DNA of 61,495 nucleotides, the filler included, from Hausera hauseri (lineage: Eukaryota), in assembly GCA_046269625.1 (NCBI GenBank). It is 12 parts of 12 records of this genome, joined end to end, with 100 filler letters (N's around TTAATTAATTAA, not from the genome) between each part and the next. Parts side by side here need not be neighbours in the genome. Positions count along the whole stretch, not along the records: positions 48,647 to 52,996 come from JBJURY010622664.1; positions 53,097 to 57,451 come from JBJURY010620553.1; positions 57,552 to 61,495 come from JBJURY010867961.1; 9 more parts are not named here. One strand, 5' to 3'. How positions within the stretch are numbered: the stretch's first letter is position 1; every line of letters begins with the position of its first letter. Made by a program: the position numbers and the translations under genes. The notes beneath the pieces are model-generated. The model saw nothing but the letters and a program-made list of their open reading frames with translations. It was not told the DNA's origin and searched no databases. Shown here piece by piece: positions 48,780 to 61,495 of the stretch.

Positions 48780-50660
48780 GATTCCAGACCATTGCGGTAA
48801 CGTAACACTACTAGATGTCTTACCAAGCAAATAAATAGTATATTCGCTAATGCTCAAACGATCTCCCCGCGGAAGCCTATACTCAAAAATCCCTTAAGTA
48901 ATCCAAACTTCTTCAATAAGCATATTTCATTTTGTACATTTTTAATGATAATATTGATATTCAGTCGAGATTTGGTTTTGACAACTACGATTGTGTTGGT
49001 TTAAAACATTCATTAGACAAAATTACATCTTCAAACACTATTTTAATACTACTATCCTGCACCAAACTCCCCTTGATTTTAGTAACTCGCAAACATCACT
49101 CATCACTACACATATTGATTCAACACTACCATCATCGTCCAATCTCTCGCAATTGTCTGCAAGTCTACGGCAATACATACACACTTCATGCCTCCGCTTA
49201 ATTTAGAAGGACCGAACATTCATACCTACAAACAGCACTTTTCATCAAATCATAGCGCAACACCAGAGATTTATTCGTCAAAAAGTACGTCCATTGTCAT
49301 CTCTTCGTAGGCAAGCTGTCGAAGCGGAATTTCTAGACCTTGAACGCTCCGACGTTGTACGCGGATCTAAATCGTCGTGGTCTTCGCCTTTAAATGTTGT
49401 CCAAAAAAAGATTCTTCCGACCATGCGGTGATTACCGTCAGCTAAACACTTTAACTGTTATGGATGCATATCCTTTATTATTAATTAAAGATACATTGCA
49501 ACGGCTCAATTCCACTACAGCATATTCAACCATAGACTTAGCCAAGGCATATCATCATATTCCTGTAACAACCGAGGACATCGAGAAAACTGACGTTACG
49601 ATACCTTTCGGCCTGTACGAATTTATTTACATGTCTTTTAGTTTACGCAACACTGCGCAGACTTTCCAACGTCACATCGACTCCATCCTCTCGGATTATA
49701 CTTTCGCGCATCCCTGTATCGACGAAATCTTGTTTTCTTCGTCTTCAACCAAACAGCATGACGAATGCCTTTGTTTTATTTTCCAACGACTTAACCACCA
49801 TAATTTACAAATTAATTTTATGAAATGACACTTCTTCCAAAAAGGTATTAACTTTTTCGGACACATCATTTCAGAAAATGGTCATTCTCCTCAGGCAGAA
49901 CGTGTTGAAGCCCTCAAAAGTATACAACTACCTCGAACAACAACAGAAATGAGGAGCTTTTTGGGAACTTTGCACTTCGTTCACAAGTATGTGCCATACT
50001 GCTCTGAACTTACCGCACCATTTGCTCACTTAAGCGGCGGCAAATACATCAGCCAATCCAGTAGACACCTGAGTTGGTCGACAAGTTTGATAAGCTACGC
50101 AAAGGAATTAAGACCGTCGACATTCTTGCTTTCCCCAAGCCTGATGCGGAATTCATCCTTACTACAGACGCTTTAATCACTGCTGTAGGTGCTGTGTTTC
50201 ACCAGATCAACAAAGGAGAAAATCAACCACTAGAATTTTTCTCTCGTAAGCTAACATTCCCTGAAACTCGATATTCAACGTTCGATCGAGAATTATTGTC
50301 CATCGTTCTCGCTTTAAAGCATTTCTCCCACCTACTTGTCGCTCGGCATTTTACCATACAGACCGCTCACAGGCCCTTACTTAACATCATGGCTATGAAA
50401 CATCCTTCCTCACGCCAAGAACGGCAGATATCATATTTGTCGACATTTAACTATGATATAAACATATTAACGGGGTTAATAATTTGGTTGCCGATTTCTT
50501 ATCTAGGACGGTTGGTTCGATTAATTTTTCACGAATCTTCTCTCAAGTACAACTTCAACAGAACCAGCTACCTCAGGACATGCTTAATTCTTTTACATCT
50601 TGCACAATTGTTGACGGCGTGGCTTTAGACACTTGCAAACAAGGTCATTCCTTGATAATT
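48780..50660 (+). mobile_element. Gypsy RT-RNaseH fragment
   Basis: RPCGDYRQLN, MRSFLG, STFDRELL, VADFLSR. Confidence 0.9.
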
Positions 50661-50664
50661 CTCG

Positions 50665-52996
50665 CACTACGAATAGGTCTTTGGTGCTGCGTTATGATGT
50701 GATGAAAAGTGCTGTTTGTATGTGTAAAGGTTCGGTCCTTCTGGATTAAGCGGGGGCATGAAGTGTGTATGTATTGTCGTAGACTTGCAGGCAATTGTGA
50801 GAGATTGGGTGATGGTGATGGCGTTGAGTCAATATGTACAGTGACGAGTGATGTTTGCGAGTTATTGAAATGAAATGGAATTTGATATAAGATAGTAGTA
50901 TTAAAAATAGTGTTTGAAGTGGTAATTTTGTCTAGGGAATGTACCGAACCAACGCAATCGTAGTTGTCAAAACCAAATCTCGACTGAATATCGATATTAT
51001 CATTAAACAATTTACGAAATGAAAAATGCTTGTTGAAGAAATTTGGAATACTTACAGGATTTTTGACTATAAGCTTCCGCGGGAAGATCGTTTGTGCATT
51101 AGCGGATGTACTATTTATTCGCTCTGTAAGATATCCAGTAGTGTTACGTTTCAAATATTGTTGTTTGCAATAAACTAAATGATTATAATGCGATAAGAAG
51201 TCCGAACCTAGGATTGCCGTACGGGCGTTAGCGACGGTAAACATCCAATGAAATGTGGAATAAAATTTTGGTAAGGTGAACGACAATTTAGATGTACCTG
51301 AAATGTCAAGCGGTTGCCCTGAAGCTCTAAATAACGATTGGCTTTGAGTGGAGAATTTTGTACAGGGAAAGTGAGTGGTAGCAAAGAAACCGCAGCGCCT
51401 GTGTCGATAAGGAAGTCTATGGATTGAGTTGTTGGTGTGTTTATCGAAGCCTTTAGTGTGAAGACTGCAAAAGAAGTGTGTCGGCAGGTAGTATTAGAGA
51501 AGTTGCCTCTGCGAGACTCTGCCGTGAGTACTGGCGGCGAAATTAGTTTTTTTGGATTGGTGAGGTCGGCCGACTATTACTAGGGAAAATAGAACGTCTG
51601 TCGGCAGTATTGTTAGCGTTGTTCTTATAGTTGCAGCCTGAACGACATTTCTGAGCGTGGAATCTAAATTTCGCATGGTAGATGCAAACGATCTTGTGTG
51701 AATGTAAATTTGGAGTGTAATATCTACACCCTAAACATCATTTATTAGCTTTATTATGAAATTTGCTATGATAATAGCACACAAAAGATCGTGTAGGCAA
51801 TGGTGACCTGTTTCTGGAAACAGAACGAGTATGATTATGAATAGGAACACTTCCTCGTAGTAATAAAAGATCGTTCAACCTATTATTAACGTTATTTATT
51901 GTCTGTTGTAGTGCTAAATTTTTAGCGCGTACTTGGCTCAACTGTTTCTCTATTGTTGTATTGAGTTGATTGTCGCTTGTTGTGAACGCTGCTGATACAA
52001 TTGGTTGAGAATTCAATTGTAGCACTTCATGTGCTTTATCAGCCAATTTCGCCAATTTATCCAATGCCGTAGATTCCTCGACAACGGTAAAAGTGCCCTA
52101 ATTTGTATAGGCAACGCGTTTAAGAAATATCGTCGCAGAAGGTCTGAATTATGCTGCCTAGTTTTACCTAGCGTTTGTAGGTGAGTCAACGACGTACGCA
52201 GGAACTCAGAAGGCTTTTGTGTTCCCATGGCGTTATCATTAAGAATCTATGGATTATGAAATCCATACACGGTTCGGTAAGTTTTAAGACTGCGTAATAG
52301 AGATGTGTGTACGGGTCGGATTATTGAAAGATGTCTAAAATATCGTGAAAAGAAGTCTTTACTGTGTTTGGTAAGAGGCAAAGTAAACTGAGCTTTAGCT
52401 GACGGATCAGTAACGTTGTTAGACTGCAGCCAAAGGTTGTGAAAGCTAAGCCAGGTTTCCCTGGATTTTTCGTGATCGACAAAATATTCTGTGCACTGAG
52501 AAGAAGTGTGTTTGGCTGGCGGGATGGAAGGTGTATAACTGTTGAAAGTAGATGGCGTGGTTACGGTCGTTGGTTTTTGGTGAAAAGTGAATAATAGTGG
52601 TATAGAGGTAGTGTTGTCAGTAGTGTCAATGATGGATAAAGTATCAATTCCACCACGTATGCGCAAGTGTACATGGATAACGATATGTAGGGTTGAAGAA
52701 AAGAAAAAATTGCAAACATTGGCATTAACTACTGGTAGATTATTAAGAGTTAAGTAAAAGTTAGAAAATGCAGTAAAATATTGTACATATTTGTGCAAGG
52801 ACAGTGTGTCTATATGGTATGCTATATTGTGCGTCAGTATTTGTGAGTTATTTATTAAAAAGGAAAACGAGAGGGGTGTGACAGGCCCTAGTAAGTGGTG
52901 TGGCAATGGAACAAACCATGGTGTGGGACTCACTGGCATTGGACAGACGGTTGGGTAGTCTGTCACGCTGTGATGTACACGGAACTCAAGAGTATT
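50665..52996 (-). mobile_element. Gypsy LTR end, leader, gag and protease fragment
   Basis: KPSEFLR, CYYHSKF, FLIDTGA, ILGSDFL; GC-richer end ...ATTGCCACA near 52899. Confidence 0.88.
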
Positions 52997-53399
52997 NNNN
53001 NNNNNNNNNNNNNNNNNNNNNNNNNNNNNNNNNNNNNNNNTTAATTAATTAANNNNNNNNNNNNNNNNNNNNNNNNNNNNNNNNNNNNNNNNNNNNTACA
53101 GCAAAGGAAATGTGTCGGCTATCTTTTTGTAGGTTGTTGCTTTTGCTAGAACCTGCTGTGTGTCCTAGCGTCGAAATCTGTTTTTGTAATTGGTAAGTTT
53201 GGCCTATTATTTTGTGTGGGTTTAATAGCGTTGATTTTATTGTGAATGTTGTAGCTACAGTTAGGTAGGCATTTTTGTACTTATGTTCCAAATTTTACGT
53301 GATAGACGCAAACGATGCTACTTGTATTAAAATCTGGGGAGTAAAATTTACAACCAATTCAGCATTTCTGAGCATTGTTACCAAATTTGTTGTGATAGT

Positions 53400-54145
53400 A
53401 GCAAATAGACGACCGCGCGGGCGAAGCCGACCGTCTTTGTCGTTGACGAAATACATTAGGGGAAGCAGACCTAAAAAAAACCCCGTCGAGGCAGCGTTAA
53501 CTTGTTTAATTTCTCGTTTATGTTATTAATTGTTTTTAACAAAATTTCGTTGTCTGTGCGTAAATGCGCAATTTGTTGCTGCAGCATTGCATTTTGTTGT
53601 TGGTGGCTTTTTGTTAATGCCGCAGAGGCAGTTGGTGTTGTGTGTGAGTGCAGCACTTTATAGGCTTTATCCGCCAGTTCGGCTAACTTTTTCAGTGCCT
53701 TTGAGTCTTCGACCACAGTGAGCAAAGCTCTTATTTGAAGGAGCAAAGCGTTTAAAAAGTAACGACAAAGAAGTTCTGGACTATGCTCTGATGTTACACC
53801 AAGGGTATTGAGGTGAGACAAAGATGTGCGCAAGAACTCAGAAGGCTTCTGAAGGCCCATGGCATTGTCATTGAAGAACCTTTGAATGATAGAGTCGATT
53901 GACGGCTCAGTGAGTTTAAGAACGGAATTATAAAGTTGAGCATATGGATCGGTGTGGTGAAGGATGTCGATGATGTTTGTAATTTTGGTGTTGATAGAAG
54001 CAGGTAAATGAAAAAACAGGCTATTAGCTTTGGATAAGGGGTCAACGACGTTTTGTGATTGGCACTAGAATTGATGCAGTTTAAGCCATGTTTGGATGGA
54101 ATTTTGGCTGTCGAGGAAGTATTCTGTGCAGGGTGAATGAGTGTT
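53400..54145 (-). mobile_element. Gypsy gag fragment
   Basis: MGLQKPSEFLRTSLSHL...YFLNAL, closely similar to 27020-27700. Confidence 0.9.
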
Positions 54146-54149
54146 TCGT

Positions 54150-54470
54150 TTCAATAATTCCATTAGAATTGTATCGATAATTTGACACATACCAGCACCA
54201 CCACCAGCTAAAATTTCAAAAAGGTTTTCAAATGGATTTGAGCCAAAAATTCCCGGAATATATTATTTGGGTCTCTGAAGATGAAGAAATTATGCGAGTC
54301 AAATAATTCAAATTTATCGCTGCTGTCGTCAAAATGAGATGGTCAAACGGGATCTAAGGTCCCATTTAACCCTTCATGGCCACATCTATCATAAATTTTT
54401 TGTTTGTTATCATGTGATAATATTTCATAAGGCCGACTAATTAGCTTGAACATTTTTTGTAATTGACGGT
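54150..54470 (-). pseudogene. DNAJB6-like J-protein fragment (end of J domain + G/F region)
   Basis: KMFKLISRPYEILSHDNKQKIYDRCGHEGL...FIFRDPNNIFRE/F...NPF...AGGGAG. Confidence 0.8.
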
Positions 54471-55325
54471 TGAAAAATATCAGTATCCAAATTAATCCGA
54501 ATTATATAGCAAAAAATATGGCGTATCAAAAAAGTAACTCAAATTCAAATTTTAAGTGTGTAAAAAAATTATTTTTGCTTATTAAAACAACACAATTTTT
54601 TTTTATTTCAGATGCAAATAGTATGAAAACAAGAATGCACCCAAACTTTCATCTGGTCTAGTATCATCATCTTGAACAGAATACTGTTTTTTCACTGTCT
54701 GTCTTAAATACAAAAGCCATCATTTGGTCACAATTTCTCCAGTGATTAACTCGCCAACTCTTCACTCGATTTGAGATAAAATCTGTATACCATGACTCTT
54801 AAGAAATTCGTCTTTGAAACGCTGGAATTTCACATTCGTGTTGCACTACTTTCATAAGATCCTTGCTGTTTGAGGTATTTAACAACGAATTCAGTTCGAT
54901 TGTAACGAAAAATCAGCGCGATAACAGCGTTGAAGAAACTGATCACCCTCACAATGATAATGAAAAAAAAACCAAAACCATAGAAATATAAATAAAATTT
55001 CGTTCACCATATTAATCTGTAGAGTACATTGGGCCATAATAATATTTGTTGATTTACATTCGGGTATGGTAACGACTGTAGTTGGAATTTCACTGACCGT
55101 AATCTCGTGTGTGACATCTGACTCACACACATATTCAGCACCCATCCATTCGTCTTCAGTGTTAATGGTGTCATAGACAATTTCATAATTACCTGGTGAT
55201 GCAACAACTACTTCATTGGAAACGGGTATTTCTTCAAAATAAGTTGATTTGTTATTGATGGCATTCAGAAGTATCACTTTACGAACGCCAATCGGATTAG
55301 AGGGCATTTGTTGTTTTACAAACAG

Positions 55326-56105
55326 TTATGGCATCTCTTTCACAATGTCTTCGACTTTTATTCTCGGTGACGGTTCATGCTTGATAATTCGTACTTTTGA
55401 TGATTGATTGGTGGCTGAACCCATCTCGGATTTATGGCCGTAATCCAACAGAGTACATGTGTTACTTTTAACTAGTTTAATTGGACGCTTTTTACGTCGA
55501 ACTTCATTGTTTTCTTCCTTCGTTACAAAATGAAAATGGAGATATTTTTTAATTTTTTTGAAGTAAAGTCTGGATCTGTTCTGGATTTTGAACAGAATCG
55601 GACTAGTGGTTTTCTTCTGCTGGCATAATTTACAGTAAAATTTTCCGTGTAAATGTTGGAAATTTTTAATAAAATCCGGAAGAACTATTTCAAAGTCTCG
55701 TTCCGGAACAAGTTGGCATTGTATATATTCGTCTGCGGCTGCTTCGATGATTTGTTTATAAAATCTTAGTCTTGTGTCGGAATCTGGATCTTGTTGAACA
55801 TTGATCATTTCTTCTGTCTCTTCGGTTACATTGAATATATTGTCACTGACAGAATAATCTGATCGGTGGTCGTTATTAAATGTTGCTGGCTCAGAAATGT
55901 TCAGATTCTGTGTTTGTTCTTCACTGAATTCAGATTGTACGCTGGTAATATTTTCTACGGAAAATACTTGTAGCAATCTTTGTCGGATGGGTACGGGGAA
56001 CATGTACTTTTCCGGTTCTTGTATAAACCAATCTTCAAAATACGTTTTTCGTTCTTCCAGAGATAGCATACTGCAACGTAATCCGACATATTTTTCCACT
56101 AACAC
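55326..56105 (-). CDS. Unknown ORF with BED-like zinc finger remnant, within the putative LTR cargo
   Basis: 259-aa ORF; FYCKLC...KKYLHFH. Confidence 0.4.
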   Translation of the reverse strand: MLVEKYVGLRCSMLSLEERKTYFEDWFIQEPEKYMFPVPIRQRLLQVFSVENITSVQSEFSEEQTQNLNISEPATFNNDHRSDYSVSDNIFNVTEETEEMINVQQDPDSDTRLRFYKQIIEAAADEYIQCQLVPERDFEIVLPDFIKNFQHLHGKFYCKLCQQKKTTSPILFKIQNRSRLYFKKIKKYLHFHFVTKEENNEVRRKKRPIKLVKSNTCTLLDYGHKSEMGSATNQSSKVRIIKHEPSPRIKVEDIVKEMP

Positions 56106-57231
56106 AATAGTCTGTTCCGTAAAAATGTCGTTATCTATTTGTCATTTGTTGACCGAACGATCCGGTTTTCTAATTCTTCGAGAAGTCCCATTTGACAAAA
56201 AAATAGATGGAATATGAAAATATGATGAAAATTGGGACTTATTTCGCAATCCTGGCACAAGAAACCAATGATTGAACATCTACGGCCATCCGTAATTTGT
56301 CGTTAAACACGGACGTTTTGAATGCAAATTGATGTTATGTATTTGTCGGGATTCCAAAAGTTTGATCCACTTTGAACAAGTTCCAGATGGTTAAGCTGTA
56401 AACACCAAAACCGAATGTACGAGTCTCTGGCATGAAAGTTCCTAACTTTGGTCAATCGAAGAGGGCCCTCCAGCTCAAACTGTGCAAACGACTGAAAAGA
56501 AATATTCACCGGATCTTGAGTATTGTTTGTTACCATATTTTCCGTTTAATGGCATATTTGCTTTGAGGCAAAACGTTTGGGAGCCTGAATTAGATCCATC
56601 CAAGAGTTCTTTGAGTCGAACTCCACTATGGTTCATCTTTTTTACTGTTCTTCAAAATATCATTGTCTTGTTGTAATTTTCGGAGTTAGTACATTCCATT
56701 ATTTAACTGGTGTTGAAGAGTTGAATATAGGCGAATTCCGGTTTACCAAATGTTTGCGAATCTTCAACACGTTTGGTGTTATTGATACTGATGCTGCGAC
56801 TATAGCAATAGCCGACATGAGACGTTATGCAGTGCTTGAAAACGTCAACAAATCTGGACGAATGTTTTACCTGGAACACATCATATTCGGCTGTGACAAT
56901 TGAACTGACTGAGGGATAGAAAATATTCGCATAGCAGGTCGCAGATTTCGTGATGAATTATTCGGGTTATAACCAACAGAAAAAGTAGGGAAATTATCGC
57001 CCTGACAACTGTTTGCTGGATGTGATGTAGACTGGTTTGATGTCGTTTGACTGTTGTCATTGAACCGGTAACATTGAAAACATCGTTATTGTATTCTGTC
57101 ACACATATGCTACTCGTTATGGAATCATCACTGTCAGATTCTGTTTCCGGTACAATATCGGTGTCATGGCCATCGTCATATACTTCCATTTCAAGTATTA
57201 TAAAGTGATAAAGGTGTTTTGTAAATAGATT

Positions 57232-57339
57232 CATAAGGCGGGAGATCGGGTCCGACTATGGCCCCGACGCGGCGGCAACGGATGCCCTGCCGTGCCCGAC
57301 CAAATGGGCCAAAGTGCACCGGCTGCTGTGGGCACCACA
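57232..57339 (-). repeat. Left LTR cap B at an apparent integration boundary (no PPT upstream)
   Basis: Minus TGTGGTGCCCACAGCAGCCGGTGCAC...GGCCCATTTGGTCGGGCACGGC...CCGATCTCCCGCCTTATG; upstream flank unrelated to pol or PPT. Confidence 0.85.
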
Positions 57340-57639
57340 AAGAGTCTATGAACACTCTCAACATTTTAAAGGTCAATTCCAATCAGTTTAGCCTTAAATC
57401 TAGTCATTAGTAGTAGGGTAAAAATGGGGATTCTGTCCCACCCCGGGGATGNNNNNNNNNNNNNNNNNNNNNNNNNNNNNNNNNNNNNNNNNNNNTTAAT
57501 TAATTAANNNNNNNNNNNNNNNNNNNNNNNNNNNNNNNNNNNNNNNNNNNNCGTTGTTCCCTGCGTTTTCGTGACAAAGGTCTTTTCTTTCTTTGCCTTT
57601 CTGGTTTTTCTTCCTCTTCGGGTTTTTCTTCATCATCAC

Positions 57640-60616
57640 TTACTGGGTTAAAATCGCATTTCCGCGGTCTTCCTCCTTTTTTGTGCCTATTTCCATAGTA
57701 ATTTGATAGATCTTTCCGGTTAGTAGTCCATAATCCACAACATAATCATTGTCAACGGCTAACCTGCCATAAACATCAATTTTCGCTATTACATTGGTTT
57801 CAAGATCCAATTCGTCTAGTACCTTTCTTCGCAGGTCTGTGAACTTAGTAAACATTCCTGCTGTTACTTCAATTATTTGTTCGCCTTTATTGGTTTTAAT
57901 CTCTATATTTACTATGTACGGTTGTTTTCTCCTGTGTTTTGTCTTAAATCTCTTCATAGAGTCTTTAATAATTTTCTTGCTGTTAGGAAACAAATATGTC
58001 ATCCTTTGTTAGTGGCATAAGTAATGGTGACCATTCTATTCGATTAATTAATGATAATGTTTCATATTGCCGTAAAGCGTCTCATACCTCATTGGGTGTT
58101 GAATCGGTCATTTGTAATTTAACTTTAATTGTTTCGATTGTTGATTCCAGAGGTTCACCGTATACTATAGAACCTGGTGGAATAATCATCTTTGGAATAA
58201 ATTTGGGATCTTTAATTGGTGATAATGTAGTTTCTGGATACTGGAATGTATCCTATATGGATATAAATTCGTCATCTAAAATTTCAAATATTTCATTATC
58301 GTCAATTACTTGTGGTTCCCTTTTGGATGTACTTGGTTGTAATGGGTCCCAAATATCTTCAAATAATGTGGATAGTTTTGGTGGAACCCTTGATTGAATA
58401 AGTGGTGCGACCAATCGATTATCATGGAGTTCTATCCATTCTCCTGTTGGTCTTATTCCGACGAGTTCCTGTGAATATTCATCGGAATCCATGTCCGGAT
58501 GTCTCTGAGCTATTGGTTCAATTCCTGGAATTGCTCTAGTTTCTTCAGTTTCCTCCAATTCTCCTATTGTTGGAAAAGCTATTCTTAACGTCTTACGGCC
58601 TTCTATTATCCATGGTACATTGTATTCTACTCGCACAGTCTTTATGTATTCGTACAAACATCTTTGTGCCATAATTTCTGAGTTATGACCATTATATAGG
58701 TCTAAACATTTGTAGTTCCTGTTTGTCTGCTTGAAATCATAGAGAGCAGTTAAATTTTCGGGGTTTATGTTTAATATATTTAAAAATTCCGGTAACTGAC
58801 GTCCAATGATCATTTTTCCTGGTAAGTATTTATTCATAAATTCCCTTACCGGTTCTTGTCGTTGTGGATTGGACCATCTGCTATATTCAGTATACTTAGT
58901 AGTATCTGATATGTTTGGATATACATAAATATTGAAGATTGTTTTTCCTTCTAGATTCTTGGCAGTGACCTGGGTAAGTCCATTTTGGTTTCCTTTAGTT
59001 ATGCATCTACCAGTGAGAACTATTACTCTGTCCTGCTTCATGGGCTCGTCCACAATTAACACGGGTATTTCATTAAGTAATTGTATTAAGTATATCGGAC
59101 AATTATCTAAAGGCTGAATCTGGTAATCTCCTTCATAGGGGTAATTAGGGAGTATCTTAATTTCTTTGGAAATTATTACCATTTTATTATTGATCTGCAA
59201 TCGAGCCTCTCCCTGATTGGTGATTATGGCACATGGCGTGTCTTTTATTTTGAGCTGAATATCATTCTTTTTAAGGTAGACTTTATCAATACCTCCAATG
59301 CAAATTGATCCTTGTTCGGCAATATCTGTGAACTCTCTTCGGTTCGCTTTTTTGTCTACAAACAATTTATCCAATTTCTGAACAATATCTATGTCTATGC
59401 GCTGTGGCATCGCTCCTGGGATGATGGTGGAATTACAATTTATTTCATATTGGGGATGTCTATCGTCGTTATACAAAGGTCTGCTTGGAAAAATAAAATA
59501 TGGCGATCCTTGACGGTTAAGTTTAATTTTGTATTCTTGTCGTAGATTATTTAATTGCTGTGATAATATACCGTCTCTTTCCCATTGATCATCTGGTGAG
59601 TTAAAATTCTGATCCACACTAAATGTACCAAAGATATCAGTTTTCTTTAATTGTATTACTTTAAACAACCATGGCAAATCTATTCCAACTATAAGTTTTT
59701 CACAGAGTAGTTGTTTAAGGTTTCATAGCATTTTTCTTTTTCCAGATATACATCTTCTAATTCAACTATCAGATCACCTTTAATGTTCTCTATTCTTATT
59801 CGGTTAATTTTTGACTCCTGTTCTTCTTTGTTAATTTTGTCTATTGCTACAAAAGTCGAAAGTACATTTTTGATTTCTTTAGTTTCTGGCCATAACACAT
59901 ATAGATGTGTATTACTTTGAATGTCTGGCACTTTTTGTTCTGCTTGATTCAAACAATTTTTAGTTATGAAGGGTTTTTCAGGACGAAACTATTGATTGGC
60001 AGTTTGTGTGTAACTTGATGGTGTTCTATTATAGGTTTTGCTATTAATAAGCTTGTGAAGGCTGACTTAGTTTGTTCATTGAAAATTACTGAACGACAAG
60101 GTGAGGTACTTCTTTCGTCGTTGTTACTCTTCCTATTGTCGGACGAGTTTTCTTTTTCCTTTGTGGAACTATCATAAGATGGTATTGCTGAATTTGGCTT
60201 TCTTTTACTGGAATATTTGGAATATTCTGATGTCGTATTTCTATCGTATCTAAATGGGGAATTGTTTCTAATAGATGATGAATCATTTCGTCTAAAACTA
60301 TAATCTGGCGCTTGTGTATATCTATCATTATTGTTACTTGGTCTGGGAGAAGGAGTTCGATTTCGGTCTCTTGAAGGATATGGACTAGGATTTCTATTAT
60401 ATTTATCTGATTCTCGTCGAGGTGGAGTGTAATCACGTCTTCTGTCATAATTTCCTAATCTTGACTCATTGTACCTACTTCTATTATCATTCCTAAAGCT
60501 ATATCTTTCTCTACTACCACCCCGTCTTGTGTGTATCCACTTTCTTACCTTGTGTGTCCTATCTCCACCCTATTATCCGTGCGTGTGTGTATCGTTTTTT
60601 CTACCCCATGACTCAT
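57640..60616 (-). pseudogene. Decayed ~1000-codon ORF: RS/RD-rich N-terminus, degenerate REX4/ISG20-like exonuclease domain, ubiquitin-like domain
   Basis: RERYSFRNDNRSRY...SRDRNRTPSPRP (60040-60560); VIVLTGRC...LTQVTAKNLEGKTIFNIYVYP...YLPGKMIIG...LYDF (~58730-59030); IEIKTNKGEQIIEV...TDLRRKV...YGRLAVDNDYVVDYGL (57700-57910). Segments linked through stops and frameshifts. Confidence 0.55.
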
Positions 60617-60759
60617 CCGCGAACCGGAAAATTTTTTCTTCCCCGGGGGGGGGGGTTGAGGCCATGGACCTACACTCAGTGTATGTATTTAATTCGTACA
60701 GCAAGGTAAACCTTAACAAAACAAAATGAACAACTTATAATAACCAGTTTTATTAATAA

Positions 60760-61185
60760 TTAATTTTCAAAATTTAAAACTACATAGGGCCGTGGATTTC
60801 TCCACTCGTCCGGCCAACTTTCATCGTCATCGTCTATCACCAACACCATTGATGGCCGACTGTCAATAATCAAATAAGTGGTTAAACCTCCCACAGTATA
60901 AAAATCCATTTGTTCAAAGCAGGAGGGACACAACCGGTAAAGTTGTATATGCTCAACTATACATTTCTGATAAAATACATCTCGGCAGGGGAGAATAGCT
61001 AGATTGTGTGCTACTAGTTTAAAACATACCCAGCAAAAGGTGCACATTTTTCTACAACACGGGCAATTATTCTGTTCATTAAGCTAGGTATCTATGCAAG
61101 ATTTATAGTACTGGTAGTGACAAGGTAATACTGTCTTTTGTTCCTTAATGTCTTCTAGACAGATAGGGCAGGTTTCGGTTTCTAC
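60760..61185 (-). pseudogene. Tandem RING-finger protein
   Basis: CPICLEDIKEQKTVLPCHYQYYKSCIDT*LNEQNNCPCCRK continues in frame into CWVC...LPCRDVFYQKCI...CPSC. Confidence 0.8.
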
Positions 61186-61225
61186 AAACGATAAAAACTA
61201 TTGAGTACATCAACTAAAATTATAT

Positions 61226-61495
61226 TTATTTATTGTTATTTAAATTAAATAATTTATCAATTTCCTCTACGTCGTCCTCTGTCAACACACAAATGGGGCA
61301 TATCAAGAAACACTTTTCGTTCATTGTCATGTTATCCAAGTTAGTCTGCTCTCCACATTAGATGCATTCAAATGAATCATTTTCTCTTAGGCTTTGGATA
61401 AATTTGCATAATGGGCAAAGGATTCCTTCGTCATCCTGAATTTCCAGAAACTTTTGACATACCGTACAACCTGAATTTGGTAATATATATAATTC
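61226..61495 (-). pseudogene. CxxC-repeat zinc-ribbon protein fragment
   Basis: CTVC...CPLC...CI*C...CPIC in one frame, 5'-truncated. Confidence 0.55.

Overview
This is not one locus. It is 12 short eukaryotic contigs joined by an artificial 100-bp spacer (N44-TTAATTAATTAA-N44). Eleven contigs look like AT-rich animal DNA (a metabotropic glutamate receptor fragment is present) and consist almost entirely of decayed mobile elements: many CsRn1/Kabuki-clade Gypsy copies, another LTR element with a 3' cargo ORF, a piggyBac, a Chapaev-type relic, and two pieces of an endogenous Polinton/adintovirus. Contig 4 (14772-21747) is a kinetoplastid polycistronic segment from a second organism (ACP, RCC1, Hikeshi-like gene, snoRNA-like cluster). 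The most striking signal is in the CsRn1-type Gypsy family. Its LTRs appear to consist of two conserved ~100-bp GC-rich caps that are imperfect inverted repeats of each other. Between them lies a kilobase-scale, copy-specific mosaic of host gene fragments (AlaRS, LRR, DDX28 fused to CDC5L, KDM5, mGluR, DNAJB6-like). No complete cap-cargo-cap LTR is seen on one contig, so this model is inferred from partial views. Also notable: catalytically degenerate REX4/ISG20-like exonuclease domains in two unrelated accessory ORFs (one with FN3+TM, one with a ubiquitin-like domain and neighbouring RING genes), and a TBP-like gene in the Polinton. All family assignments are by eye from motifs; no searches were run.
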